Shown: positions 46,732 to 60,100 of the stretch, piece after piece
Layout: the number at the start of each line of letters is the position of its first letter
Position numbering within the stretch: position 1 is the first letter of the stretch
Source: Eutreptiella sp. 'Long Island Sound 2002'
Taxonomy: Eukaryota; Protista; Euglenida
DNA: 64,000 nt
Assembly: GCA_964036045.1 (NCBI GenBank)
Contig: OZ038378.1
Span: forward strand, 166,718,001 to 166,782,000
Reading direction: 5' to 3'
The notes under the pieces: model-generated
Databases searched by the model: none
The model's input: only the letters and a program-made list of their open reading frames with translations
What the model was told of the DNA's origin: nothing
Position numbers and translations under genes: made by a program

Positions 46732-46912
46732 GAGGGAGTACCCGCACCAGACGCACACCGCGCAGGGTTTCGTACCAAAACTGGGCCCAATGGTCTCCCC
46801 CCGTAGGCCCTCAAAATGCTATTCCTTGCGCTGTGACTGTCCCAGAAAGACTGGCTGCGTCAGCTCTTGACACAGCCCCAATGTATGCACGGTGTGCACA
46901 CTGTGCCAGCTA
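46732..46912. mobile_element. Short degenerate MITE of the same family as 6001-6553
   Basis: Left end gagggagtacccgcacc versus gagggagtactcgcacc at 6001. Right end gtgccagctactccacc versus gtgcccagtactccctc. Confidence 0.4.
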
Positions 46913-47183
46913 CTCCACCAAAGCCTCGCACCATAGGAGGCTCTATATTGCTTTGGGATGCTTTGGAACAGGTCGCCGTTGCATCGGGGCTAGCTTCAAC
47001 TTGATTGTGGCATGGGGTGTTTCCTACCCAGGAGAGGTAATGAGAGGCAGCAGTATAGACGGTGTCCCTCAGAGCGTTTTCCAGGAGTGACATATAACAA
47101 CGCAATTATCAAGTTTAGATCTCCCAAAAAAGAGAGAAAGCAATGCGAACATAAGAGTAGGGCAGGCGTCATTTGTTGCCATT

Positions 47184-48077
47184 TCTCTCTGGGACACCGG
47201 ATTTCATGCCAACACGGAGCGTTTTCAGGGGTTGGTGCCTTTCTTGCCTCATTTGTGCCCGCTGACTGTCCCAAAGGGGGGGGTATGTGGGGTATATTCG
47301 GAAAGCCCTTGAAAAGGCTGTTTGTTGATCATTATTACGGTCTCACTGACATGGCTGGCCTAACAATCCAGCACGTTGTACGAAACAAACAGCGGTTTGT
47401 ACGCAAGCTGCGCATTTTGAAGCGCAGCGATTTTTGGAATGTGTCCAGGTGGCTGGCCGGTGCATATAAGTCTTCAGGCAGCCACCTGGACCATCAGCAG
47501 AAGCCTGTTTTGATCAGAGATGAGAAAATAAAGTGGTTGGACTTTGGCAAGACACCTAACCCTGAAAACCTGGAGGCCAGGGTACAGTGAGGCCATTCCA
47601 TGGCGCAAGGTCCAGCTCACCAAACAGCGAAATGTGGACCTCACAACTGACGGCCTGTGGGCCATGCCCCTGAACACAGGGTGGGTACCAGTGAAGCCAC
47701 GCAGGCTGCAGGATTGGGAAAAACTGAAGAAATATGTTCCCAGTCACAAGCACGGGGATGTGTGCCCCAATGGAGTCCCGGCCCTTGCAGAAAGGGGCAA
47801 CGATGACAACGAATCGGATTCGGAATAATGAGTGATCCCTGGACCATTGCCTGTGCCCTGTGTGTCCTCCCTTGTACAGCTCTGTGCGCAAAACTGTGAC
47901 CACCTACCCCCCCCAACCCATACATTTCTGAAACGGCGTTTTCCCACAGATTTCGAAAAGCATACACATACCCCCCCCAAGGTGACGACATTTTGGTGCA
48001 TTACGCCAAAAGTTGAGAAAAGTCTGAAAAAATGTGAAAACGCTCCGTGTTGGCATAGAACGGATGTCCCAGAGAGA
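47184..48077 (+). mobile_element. Non-autonomous DNA transposon with ~44-bp imperfect TIRs and a decayed internal ORF
   Basis: atgccaacacggagcgttttca (47206-47227) is the exact reverse complement of 48035-48056, and similarity extends out to ctctctgggaca. Internal broken frames include RFVRKLRILKRSDFWNVSRWL, EAIPWRKVQL and KLKKYVP. Confidence 0.7.
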
Positions 48078-49852
48078 TTTGTAAAGCCACTGTATCCCCC
48101 CCTCCAAAAGAAACAGGCGCTGTCCCGCCGGTTGTGGGGGCGCAAGGACAATGCAGAATATCGCAGAGTCTCACAAAAAAGGGGGTTACACAACTGGGTG
48201 CAATATGCACATTGGTTCACACACACACACACACACACACAGTCTGTGTGCAACCAGCACACTCACACACCACACACAGTGCTGTATGATTGACGCCAAA
48301 GCGTTCGACTGTCTCTTGATGATGCTATCTGCAGCACAGGCCTGTGGGCAATGGCGGTTGTCTGGGACCAGGGAGCAAAGATTTGAACTGATGGGACAGG
48401 ATGCTCTCCTGGTCATAAACATCGAGGAAATCAGTCAGAGTGCATGACTGGTCTGCAGTCAAGCAGGTGTCATGGGTCTAACATGCTGTCTATACTTTTT
48501 GTTTGAGGTATTGATATGTCCCGAGGGTGGAGGATAGGGTGTCCATGACTGCTTGTGTGGGGAGGGTGATTGTCTACCACCACTGTCGCGAGGGTGGAAG
48601 AAGGGTGTCCACGACCACTTGCATGAGGCTTGAGGATTGTAAATTTGGCGACACCACCACCAGCACCACCACCACCACCCCTTTCTTCAAGGTGGAAAGC
48701 GTCTATGCCTACACTTTTGTTTACCTTCTGGTTTCAGGTGGTGTGTGGGTTCTAGCAAAGACACAGCTGAGGGTGCTCCTGTGGCACTTCACATTGCACG
48801 GGAAGCCACGGGAAGGGGGTTGTCGATACCGAGGGGGGGGGGGGGTGGCACGAGGCCATGGTTTTTTGTTTTGTTTGCCTTTGGCGGCGCCTATTGGCCT
48901 CTCACCACTGCACATTCCGACCCTCTGTGGGTCCGAAGGTGTTTTGGTTGCATCAACAAGGGGAGGCAGGGGGCCGCAGGCAGGTCAAGAAGCGCTCTGC
49001 ACATATACGTCCTGGCATGCATATGCAGCAATGTTCAGCAATTCAATGATCCAAAGTGTACTGCTCGCCGTATGTACAGTGTCAGACCGCTCAATCACTT
49101 GTGTTGCCGTGTTTTGTCGACCAAGACCACTGGTCTGCAATGCTACCACAGGGGAGGGCCAGTTACTGCCTACTATGACCTTGCTCAAAGGCTGGCACCC
49201 AATCGACCACAGGTCAGTCGGAGGTCCAACAAGGGGAGGCGGGGGGGGGGGGGGAGGCGATGGTGAGTACAAATTTTGGAATGGCAAAACTTGGTGCTGT
49301 GAAAATTTGGCATAGTTTGCTAAATACCATTCGAAGATTTGGTACAAACTTCCCAGACACACAACAATGCAGGCACAATGGGTGTGTGCATGCAAAGAGC
49401 AAAAAAAACGACACATGAAAAAATGGCCACGGATCTTAGCACACCATCGCGTAATTTGGCACAGTTTCATTGTGCCAAATTTTTCCTAAGGGTGGGGTTG
49501 TGGTGTCCATGATTGCTTACAGGGAGGGTGAATGTCTACCACCACTTTGTTGAGGGTGAAAAAAGGGTGTCCATAGCTCTGATATGCACTGCAACCAAAA
49601 AAGAAAACCGCCATTCCATGGCCCCACAACGATGCGAAACCGAATCCCCATGACATTTGGACAAGCCGTTGTTTTACTTAAGGTGCAAGTGCAGCGAAGC
49701 GGAAACACACATGTTCAAGCATTGTGCAAACAGATCACGCGCCAGAGGCGCCCCCAACAATCATGTCCATTACAGCAAAGCGCTGTTGTTTGGACAACGG
49801 GGAGGGGGGGGCAGCACAAAAGCGCACAGAAAGGGCCAAGGGGGAAAATGAC

Positions 49853-49993
49853 CTTGGAAAGACCAACAATGTCTCCTTTCTCCGCCTTTGCATCCTGCCG
49901 CACGAAGTACACATGTTCAGCCATCTTCTGCAACCCTGCCGATTGGATCTGGCACCAATTCTTGAATGTAGTGCCATGGAGGAGTACCTCGGG
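49853..49993 (-). CDS. Exon encoding the N-terminal half of the first KptA/Tpt1-like domain (PEVLLHGTTFKNWCQIQSAGLQKMAEHVYFV...IVGLSK)
   Basis: Acceptor atactcag and donor AAG|gtcatt, both phase 0. Carries the HGT...W..I...GL..M signature of the Tpt1/KptA NAD-binding lobe. Confidence 0.82.
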
Positions 49994-50780
49994 CTGAGTA
50001 TGTCGGACCATTGTGCTGTATTTCCTGTAAGAACTAATACCTGGCTGGCAGCAGTGGTGTGAACATTTTCCAATGTGTTCAAGTTCTCATCCAAGCACTG
50101 CACAACAAAGCAACACAGAGTTTGCAAACCCATCACCCTTGTCTAAGGGAGAGCATATGCACCACGCACATGCGTCAAGCAGTACTCTTATGGCGAGTCT
50201 ACCTGGAACAGACTGAGTTCTACCCCGTCCCAAAATGGACCATCGAGGACAGCAAATCCATGTGCCACATGACATCCTTCCTTCCCACAAACATTGTAGA
50301 ATCAAAAGGCCAACACAAACGATGACTTGGATCTTTGTACCACCAATTCATCCCCACGTCTAACTTGAAAGCTGCTTGGTTAGGCCAGACGGCTAAATCT
50401 CCGCGCCACGCGCTAAGCACCGCCCAGGTTCCCAAACTAAAGTCCCTCCAAGTGATGAGGGGGGGGGGGGGGGCTTCGGGCGACGATGCTTGAATACTTG
50501 AAACATGGAAACGTCCCTCCAATGTCTATGAAAGCGAGCTTTTACATTTCACCCTCGCTATGGCATATGCTCAAAAGCAAGCGATGAATTTGAGGCCTAT
50601 CCTCCTCAAAAGTGGTTCAAAGCCAAGTTGTTGCACTGCGTGCGCACTGCGTGCATACTGCACACGCAAAGGCCGGTATACTCACCCAAGAATACCTGTC
50701 ACCTGATTGGTAGCACAGCCAAGCAGCAAAGCCCACATGAGAACCACGAAACTGCCTTCAACTTTGGTACTCCACTATCC

Positions 50781-51480
50781 CTATGAACAAACCATGCTCA
50801 AGTGGCAAGTGCCACACTTAGATATATCACCAAGACGGTGGCCACACAATTGGCAACAAACACCATCATCATTTTCCTCCTCCTCAATGGTTGCCTCCTC
50901 CCGTGCCCATAGAGACTCAGGCACATGAGGCCAAGGTCCATAGGGTTGATACCTAGTCTGCCTGCGAATACAAAACTGAGTAAGGTGGAGCAAAATACGC
51001 ACATGGCCATGCAACTCCGTTGCAGAGCGTGTCCAAACAGTGCGGACAATCCTCCATTGCCACAACCGTGCAAAGAGGTGCTCCACCTTTGCACGATAGA
51101 AGCCATGCACATCGTTATACTCTTGTTGGTCTTCACTCAAAGTTTTCCGACCAATATAAGGCGCAGCGGTGTTCAAGAAGCCCTTATAGGCGCCGTCATG
51201 TGCACCTATTTCAAATTCGAAAAACGGCCCATGTGTTCGCAAAGGACCACGTTGATCCCAAATCATAACATCCGCGGAGGTTCCCAGCATAAGGTCACAT
51301 ATACATACTATATTCCCAAGATTGTCCACAGCCACGGTTATCTTATAAACATGGCCTGCGTACTTGGGATTGAAAAGGACATCCGAGCCAGATTTTTTTT
51401 GGGGGGGGCTACAAGAGTGTGCACAGGCGTGCGCAACGGTCGACCCTTAGTCGAATGGTGCATTTTGGCCGTGCAAGGGG
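50781..51480 (-). pseudogene. PIF/Harbinger (IS5-like, DDE_Tnp_4-type) transposase remnant
   Basis: FNPKYAGHVYKITVAVDNLGNIV...HDGAYKG...PYIGRKTLSEDQQEYNDVHGFYRAKVEHLFARLWQWRI is the typical D-G-Y / YN..H...R..VE pattern. Frameshifted upstream of ~51390. Confidence 0.75.
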
Positions 51481-54015
51481 GCGGGGAGACAAACAGGGAG
51501 GTGAAGTGGATTAAAGTGCCCTCTCATGTAATTATTGAAGGTAACAATGACACGGCGGTGAAACAAGCAACACCCAAGGCAACAACTAGACATGCAGAAG
51601 TCCATCCTGAACCCACCTGCCTGAGCCTGAGTGACCCGAAACAAAGGGGCCTCTGGCCCCCACGTTTTGGGAAAACACAAGCGCAGGGGTGAGGTAATGT
51701 TTAGTGAGGGCAGCATCCACAAAACGTGATAATACTATGGGGACCCGAGAAGGCAGGGGAGATGTAGCCAGATTGATTTCTCCCCATATGCTCGGTGGGT
51801 TGAGATTTGTCGCGTCCTGCCAGGGTGTTATACCCCAGAACCAGCAAATCCTGGCGACAACAGAACTGAGGAATTTTCTGTTTTTCCAGTGCACCGCAGA
51901 TCTGCAGGTGACCTCTCATGAGCACCTCACAGGCACACAACATGCTCCCCAAGAACATCTCAGTATCAATGATTGCATCAATGAAGGCAATGTGGGATAA
52001 ATGTGTTCCTGTTCCATCACATTGCTGCCAAATGCTATCAACATTTTGACACAAACATAAAAAAAATACACATCAAAGGATCAAATGCCCAGCAAACAAT
52101 GCCATTCCACCATGAGGTAACGTTTGCCCAGCGCGCCCAGAATCCAAATCAATGTTCCGGCCATCTATCCCAATGCTTTACCCCCAAACAGTACTCCCTC
52201 ATCGAGCCCAGGAACCCAAAGCAGAAATGACACACCAAAGCACAAAATGCAGGCAAACCGAAAATCTTTCATTTATTGTTAGTCAACAACCGTAACCCCT
52301 GGTTGCATGTATCTCATTCTCGGGGGATGGAGAGCATAGGGGAGGCGACTGTGATGAAGAGTGGCTTTGGTGGGACGGTGACCCTTTGCACGCAGGGCTA
52401 GGTCAGAAAATCCCATACAGACACGTGCCTCCAAACGGTTGGAGGCGCCCAGATGGTTGCACTGCGCTAAGGGCGCCCCTTGAGACCAGGGGGGGGTAGA
52501 ACTGGGGGGAAATAGGTGGGAACTTTGCCCAGCGCTAACATACCCTCCATGAATCTCATGAGACATAGCCTGTGAGGTCAGTTGGCAGAGTGGGTTCAAC
52601 AAAAAATCATGAAAGGGAACTGGAATGCAATCATGTTTCCGGTTGTACTTCATGCGGGACACCAACTAATTGACAGGGGGATTGAAGATTCACCGAACAG
52701 CACAGGTGGCTCGTTGGGGTCTCTTGGCAGTGGTTCGAGGTTAACAGCAGATTGGGAATCAATGGTCTTTCAGGGCCTGGGATCCAGGAATGGCTCGGCA
52801 GCGCATGATCGCTAGCACATTAGACCTTGTAAAGGGGCCCATGCAGGGCGAGGGGATATTAGTGAGCTTAGTTCATGGGCTAGACGCCACTTGCCAGACT
52901 ACAATAGCTGTGAGCGAGTGAGGTCCGTACTCCGGCGGTAGAGCGGCAGTAGAGCAAAAGGCTCTACCAGTCAACTTAGCTCTGAGGTGGCCTGGCAAGC
53001 AGTACATGAGGCTGTTGGGTGTGTCGCCCCGCATCCCATTCATTGCTCATGCTGCTCATGCGTGTAAAAGGGCATGTGCGTTGTCCATGGGCGCAAACCC
53101 ATTACACAGGGCAGCCATGCAAGCCCAGGGTTACAAAGGGCAGCGGGGGGGGGGGGACTCTGCGTGACCAAGGCACCATTGGTGGGCGGAAGTCGGCTGG
53201 TGACGCCGGTTACCATCCATTGGCAAGGGAAGGTAACCCAGAGCGGTCGAAACGTGCCTATGGCGGGTCGGAAGGAGACCAAAGTGACTGGAAAATGACT
53301 GATAGCAGACATAGCAACGGCCCAGAAACGTGAAGACTCATCGATTGAACACATAAATACTCTGGGCGCGCTTAAACGATGCACCAACAAACCCACTGCC
53401 TCACCAACGTGTTCCGTTGCGCATGCCTTGTAGTCGACTAAATTGTGCACTCTTCATGGAGGTTTCTGTGGGAAATTGGAGGACATTCAAAAAATGGGCT
53501 GTGAGACACCCACACCGCAGCATCCAAACTTCCCGACAGGGCATGATCCAACGAGGGGCAGCAGAGGTCAAGCCGCCAGCCACTCGTTCTATGGTTCCAA
53601 AGCTCTGTAGCAGGAAGGAGGCAGGATATGAAGAGTGGGTATGGCTCCCCCCTGATGCTTGCTGGCGCGCAGAAGAATAGACATTGAGTCTTCGACAAGG
53701 CTCTGGGCGGAGAAATCACTTGGCCGTCACCGTCAATGAGATGAAATCGGTGTGTATGTGCGTGTTTAGCTGTTCATTTCACAGAGGGCAAGCACCTGTT
53801 AAGGTGACACTCTTATGCAAGGACATCTTGGGAATGGTTAGGGGACAACATGTTACAGAAGGAGACGAGCATAGGGTCAGTGTGTCATTTGAGTGCGCGT
53901 GCGTGCGTCCAGCACTGCAAAGGATACTCCTTCATGCGTTGGACGTTGCTCATGCCCTGCACAACATGTGCATGTGACAATGCCACATTGTGACCATGTG
54001 ACTGCAAAAAGTGAA

Positions 54016-54055
<40 letters not shown>

Positions 54056-55319
54056 GGTGAATGTGTGCAACGCCCAGAAAATCACCTTAGGATTTGCCAT
54101 CATATCATATCACATCACGCGTGCACGTGTGTGTGCTCTGTACTATTAAAGGTATGCACACAGACAACCCAAGGCACACTTCGGTCTAAATGGGAATATA
54201 TGCAATGCAGGTACGGATACACGCGCATGCGCATACACACACGCACGAGTACCATGAGTGCGACAGAAGCCACTTGTAACCGCCACTACCCCTGCCCAGG
54301 ACTCCCTTTGAGAGCAGGTCTAGGATTCCGTTGCAAAGGGCGGAGGGGTGCACCGGACCCACATATCACCTTAGGGCAAGGCATTGAAGTCACGAAGTTT
54401 GCTCCTTCTACTCTGGGCAGCCTGAGTTGAGCCGTGAGGGGGGCGCATAGGGGTGGTGCGCACACAGACATGGACACACACACACACGCATACACACATG
54501 GTACACAGACATGGTACCACACAAATTGTACAATGTGGAGGTTGGCTGGTGCAGCCATCACGCTGCACTGCTCAGCAGCGCCCTCTTGGGGTTGGTTGCG
54601 TTGGTGGCAACAACAGGATCGTTAGCCTGGCATGGGAGCCCTGGTGCAGCGGTCAGAGACCAGGTCCTGGGCACAGGACCTGATCAGGTACAGCACAGCA
54701 AGGAACTGTACAGCCACCAATACGGTATGGAGGGACAGGGATGGACGGCGAGGCAAGGAGCTGGAAGAGCTGGGCTGTGCAGCCACAGGCCCTTGAAAAC
54801 GGGATGCCCTTCGGGGAACAAGATGAAGCCCGCATCCCGTTCTGCATAGGACTACAAAGAAACACACAATGGAGACAAAGGCAAAAGAGGGAGTCGATAT
54901 GAATGCAATCGCGAGCTACCCGGGCTGCAGTGGGGAATGGGCACAAGTGCTCAGTTGGCCCAAGAGGACAAACACTCTCTTCTGACGCCACGAATCATTT
55001 GGGACCACAATCCATTTCGAACCGCGGACCATTTCGGACCGCGCACCATTTAGGGTCGCGGATCATTGGTAACTCTTTCCCTCCCGCACTTGTGCATGCA
55101 AGATTTCAGAATGAGGCAATCAAAGGACGTAGCATTGCTTGATGATTGGTTGCATACAATACCACGAAGGACGGAGTATGTGGCAGTTGTGGACATTACT
55201 TGCTCATTGAGCAATTTCACTTTAACATACGCATTCGCACATGCAGGCGCACGCAGACGCACGGCCCAAAGTACTTCGAATCCCAAGACTCGAAGTAGCT
55301 ACTACACCGGCGACAGTAG

Positions 55320-55498
55320 TGAAGCCGTGGTTTCCGAACTCTCCTGCAGACCCCAAAGTCGAGGGTTCGAACCCGATGGTTGAAAACACGTGGAGTCGCA
55401 CGCTCGCATGTTGGCGAGTGGTGCTCATAAATTTCGGACCCATGCCCCGGAATCCAGCACACGCACAGGCGCAGATACGCAGGCAGGCGCGCAGTCGT

Positions 55499-55500
<2 letters not shown>
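55320..55500 (+). mobile_element. tRNA-derived SINE-like head followed by a (CA)n tail
   Basis: Pol III B-box GGTTCGAACCC at 55364-55374. No complete cloverleaf seen. (CA)n starts at ~55500. Confidence 0.45.
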
Positions 55501-55535
<35 letters not shown>

Positions 55536-55751
55536 GTAAGAACCCAAATACACGCCCTGGAGCGAAGATGACAGGCAAGGCACGTGCACTGCGCATCTGG
55601 ACCGCTCGTCAGGACATACACAAAAGAATGAAGGAGACACACACACTTCGGGAGGGAAATCAGAACCACAACAAAAACACGTGCAGTGTGGGTGAAACCG
55701 GGCACGGCGATGGCACGACACTCCAGAAAAACCTCGTCAGGCCACAGACAC

Positions 55752-55938
55752 GGACACACACACACACACACACACACACGATTTACGGAACGAAACGGGC
55801 AGCAGTCAAGACGCGGGCAGCAGTCAAGAAGGCCTGTTTGCACTCATTCTCGTCAGGCACAATCAGAACAAAAGCAATGGCATTGTCTGGCCGCGCTAGG
55901 CGCCTTTCTGCAGTACAGGGTACATGAGAGTGAAAGTG

Positions 55939-55974
<36 letters not shown>

Positions 55975-56130
55975 TTACGGAACGAAACGGGCAGCAGTCA
56001 AGACGCGGGCAGCAGTCAAGAAGGCCTGTTTGCACTCATTCTCGTCAGGCACAATCAGAACAAAAGCAATGGCATTGTCTGGCCGCGCTAGGCGCCTTTC
56101 TGCAGTACAGGGTACATGAGAGTGAAAGTG

Positions 56131-56170
<40 letters not shown>

Positions 56171-56326
56171 TTACGGAACGAAACGGGCAGCAGTCAAGAC
56201 GCGGGCAGCAGTCAAGAAGGCCTGTTTGCACTCATTCTCGTCAGGCACAATCAGAACAAAAGCAATGGCATTGTCTGGCCGCGCTAGGCGCCTTTCTGCA
56301 GTACAGGGTACATGAGAGTGAAAGTG

Positions 56327-56364
<38 letters not shown>

Positions 56365-56537
56365 TTACGGAACGAAACGGGCAGCAGTCAAGACGCGGGC
56401 AGCAGTCAAGAAGGCCTGTTTGCACTCATTCTCGTCAGGCACAATCAGAACAAAAGCAATGGCATTGTCTGGCCGCGCTAGGCGCCTTTCTGCAGTACAG
56501 GGTACATGAGAGTGAAAGTGAACACACACACACACAC
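55752..56537. repeat. Tandem array of four ~192-196 bp units, each containing a variable (CA)n tract
   Basis: tttacggaacgaaacgggcagcagtcaagacgc starts at about 55782, 55974, 56170 and 56364. Confidence 0.95.
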
Positions 56538-57075
56538 AAACAACCACGACAGACGACACACGACACAAAGCGAGGCGCGCGACGCAAAACCACGTGACGA
56601 GCAGACCCGTCAGGCCAGGGTCACGCTGGCATAGTGGGGGCGGAGCGCCTCTCCAACTTGTCCCACTGAACCCGTGCCGGAGGAAACAAGAGGGGACGGT
56701 GAGAGAAGACAGACCGATTGGAGTGGTGAGGCGCCCCTCGGCACACATGCTTATGGTTGTCGTGAGGCACCCTCTGGATGCCCACGCAATCGCACACCGA
56801 CTCATGCAGACAAGGACGTCGACACAGAACCAAACAAACGTGTCCGCATATGCAGCCGTCAACATTGCGTCGGACACCTCGCGATGGGGGTTGCTGTCAG
56901 GCAACCGCCCGGCTGTGTCGTGATGAAGAGGCGCATCCCGACACAGCACAATACTGTCGTGTGCCAACTGATCGAGGTCGCACACACAACTGATCGAGCC
57001 ACGGCCAGACAAAACACATGAACGTGACCAGAAATGGAAGGACAGGGGGTCAGTAACGTAAGCCGCATGAGCAGC

Positions 57076-57106
57076 AGCACCACCACCACCACCACCACCA
57101 CCACCA

Positions 57107-57180
<74 letters not shown>
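57076..57180. repeat. Compound (ACC)n-(CA)n microsatellite
   Basis: Read directly from the sequence. Confidence 0.95.
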
Positions 57181-57183
<3 letters not shown>

Positions 57184-60100
57184 TGCAAGACAAACGGGCA
57201 CAACGCGGTTTCCGAGTGTCAGAATCCTCGTCAGTTGGAACGTCAAATAAGACAGAACACACACACACATACACAGGAGAGAGAGATTCACAACTTCATA
57301 CAGTCGTGCAGTGGCAGGTACCATATTGCTGCTGTGCCCCGCGGCACCAGACCAGGCATCTTCGGCTGCACAAGGCAATCACCGGCCAGTGACTGGCCGG
57401 TGAGGAAGTGTGATTTGGTCCAGTTTCTTCATCCCCCGTGCGCTGTGCGCCCCCGGAACGCGCTTCCCTCCCGGCGGCTCAGGTTTGTATGGGACCTTGG
57501 CCTTCTTCTGCAGCAACGCCAAGTAGACCATCGTGTCCTTGAGTACCGGATCCGTCCTAATGCCATCGAATACATAGCGGCAAACGATACAGGAGGGGCG
57601 GGGGGGAATGGGGTCACAGAGCTTTGCTTGAAGGGGGAGGAAAGTGTGCCCATCGAGCGGAGGTGGGAGGGGGATTTGATGAAGGGCCCCGGTCTCCTCA
57701 CGCAGCAGGCAGAGCCGCAACAGGTAATACAAATGAGAAATTCGTTGTGTGGACACATTTTGGGGAGGTGGGGCAGGGACTTGGAGGCGAGAGTACAGCC
57801 CAGGAACTCTTTCCACCCCAAGAAGAGCACAGGCCTGGGGATGGAGCGGGCTACCCCTGGGATACACTACCCTGGCCTATCGGGGGGTGCGCAGCATACA
57901 CGGCATGTGCGACTGGGACAAGTACAAGAGGCTGGGACAAGTACAGCGGTGCTTCATTCGGAAAAGGCGGGAAGAGCAGATTCCAAGGGGTTTGAGAACG
58001 GGGCAGTCCATGGCGTGGACACGCCTTGGGACTAGAGTCGTGTGCCACAGCAAGAGCCCCAGAAAGAGCACACGGAGGGGAGAGGAGCAGCGGAAATGCC
58101 TGCGGGTGTTGGAAGAATGGGCGCCATGGCACGGCCTGCGGAATGGCATGGAAATAGTTGGGCAGAGAAGGACAGGGGCTGAGCCTGCCAACTGCTACAG
58201 AGGCTGGTCCAGGGTCAGCCCCCGAGCGACCGACGAAGCGGGTGCGAATGAACAGAAGGGCGGTTTGTGCGGGGATCGTAGAAGAGCTCTAGAGGGGGGG
58301 CGGATAAAGCCCAATTAACGAGAGCTAAGCGAAGGCGTAGGTGGACCTCCTGGTAGACTGACCTTGTCCAACACAGCCACCTCCCAAGAGCTACCGGATT
58401 GCAACCACTCCAAGGCACATCACTTCAAAAAAAGAGTGAGAAGGAGGAACGATACAAATTGGTGTGCGACAAACGCACTGGCGAAACGGACTAGCAGAGC
58501 GAGAACCTCCTGCATATCTGCCTTTCGACCTGTTGTCTGCATAGGTGGGGGGGGGGGGCGTGCGATCAGGAGGAAAGGAGGAACGGATTGGTGGGCAAAA
58601 TAGGCACGCACACATCAAGAACGGAGGGCTTGGCTGCACCTGGTCCTCCAAAGGTGACACCTCCGAGACCCATTCAATTCGGAGTGGGTGAGCCACCCCC
58701 AAAGCCCCAAAACCCCCCCCCGCCCCCCTCCCCGTGCCCTGTACTGAGCGCAGCCACCCAAGCCCATCCTCTACGAAGGCCATACCACTCGGCATAAGAG
58801 TACTCAAACTTCTCACAGCGCCGATCCTCCAGCTTCTTGGGGACTGCCTGGTGCACTGCCTGCTGCCAGAACCGATCCCTCTGCTGTTGCTTCTTCAGGG
58901 CAGCCCGCTCTGGTGAATTCTGCACAGGCCGCGGGTGGATGCGCAGCGCTCGCGTTTCGTCACCGAGCCGCAACATGAGGCGCACAAAGACAGTGTGGAC
59001 TGTAGGATCCCCAACTCCGTACATCAACCGTCCAAAGCACTTCTGAATGACCCCGCCAACGGACAAACCGACTCCACCTTTTGTGGTTCACCCCCCCCCC
59101 CCCCGAGTCACTGAGCAATGGCCTGGTGCTGGAGTCCTTCTCTCCTTTGGCATCGGGGTCCTCTCATAGGGGCTGGTTCTGACAGTACAAACCTCGGCGA
59201 CCGACCTGAGGTTTGCTCCCTTTGGGAGGCAATTGCTGCATGACAGAAATTACCTTCCCCAATGCGGCTGGAGGAGGAGCCAATCAATCAACTGTGTCGT
59301 CCCTAGAAAGGGGTCCGCTCCTTTCCCGGTGGTCCCGGGAGAAAGAAAAAAAAAGAAGAATGGCACCGGGGGCTGCCAACGCTCGGGGGCCGGGGGGTCC
59401 ACAAGGGCAGAACGAGAAGCCGGTGCTCACGCACGGTACAACTGCAAGCATTTGCATGTCAACAAACAGTGTGGACGCAGCTGGGGGCGTTTGCCATAAA
59501 GCTCAGTAAGTGCGCCGGTTGGTACTCATGGGTGTGTACACTGACTCGGGGTTTTTTCAAGAGGAAGTTGCCAACATTGTTTATCCCCAGAAGTATTTGC
59601 TTCGCAGGTAAGAGTGGAACAGTTGTCCCTCAGGTGCTGCTGCTGCCCACGTAGCGACCACTCCACTGCCGAGCGCTCACATGGGTCTGTCCCGAGACGG
59701 TGAAGATTTGGGGGTTACATTTCCTGGGGTTCCAGATGACCAAGCAGCATTTCCAGGCATTTTGCTTTTTGCAGAAGAGCGGGGCTGGCTTTGCACTGTG
59801 GTCCGTGGGCCGTCCTGTCCCTTGGGTGGGAGGGGGCGAACCCGCGGAACCTCGGAAACCCGCTTGGGGCCGCGCTTCGAGACCCAGTTGCAACAACCAT
59901 GGTCCGAGGGCCGAGGGTGTGCTTCCAGTGCCTCGCTGTTCCCACGTGCACGCCTGTGGGTAGTCCCCATGGGTATTGAGCAATGCATTGGACCGTCCTT
60001 CACTCACAATTTAACTGTTTGCACACGTGGCCAAACTCGCAGACTCGGGACCTCTGGAGTGCGACACGCAGGAAAAGGGATCCTACCCTGGTGTTCTCGA

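Noticed and set aside
46732-52200. One 5.5 kb Harbinger element between gagggagtac (46732) and gtactccctc (52200)
   Set aside because: There is no target duplication, it would enclose a host exon, and the left terminus has a closer partner at ~46900.
55320-55400. Functional tRNA gene (also the B-box-like ggttcaaaccc at 43681)
   Set aside because: B-box only. I could not fold acceptor or anticodon stems, so it is treated as SINE-like.
56365-58035. 337-aa and 333-aa ORFs
   Set aside because: They are held open by (CA)n/(ACC)n microsatellites and give CV, HT and poly-T runs with no domain.
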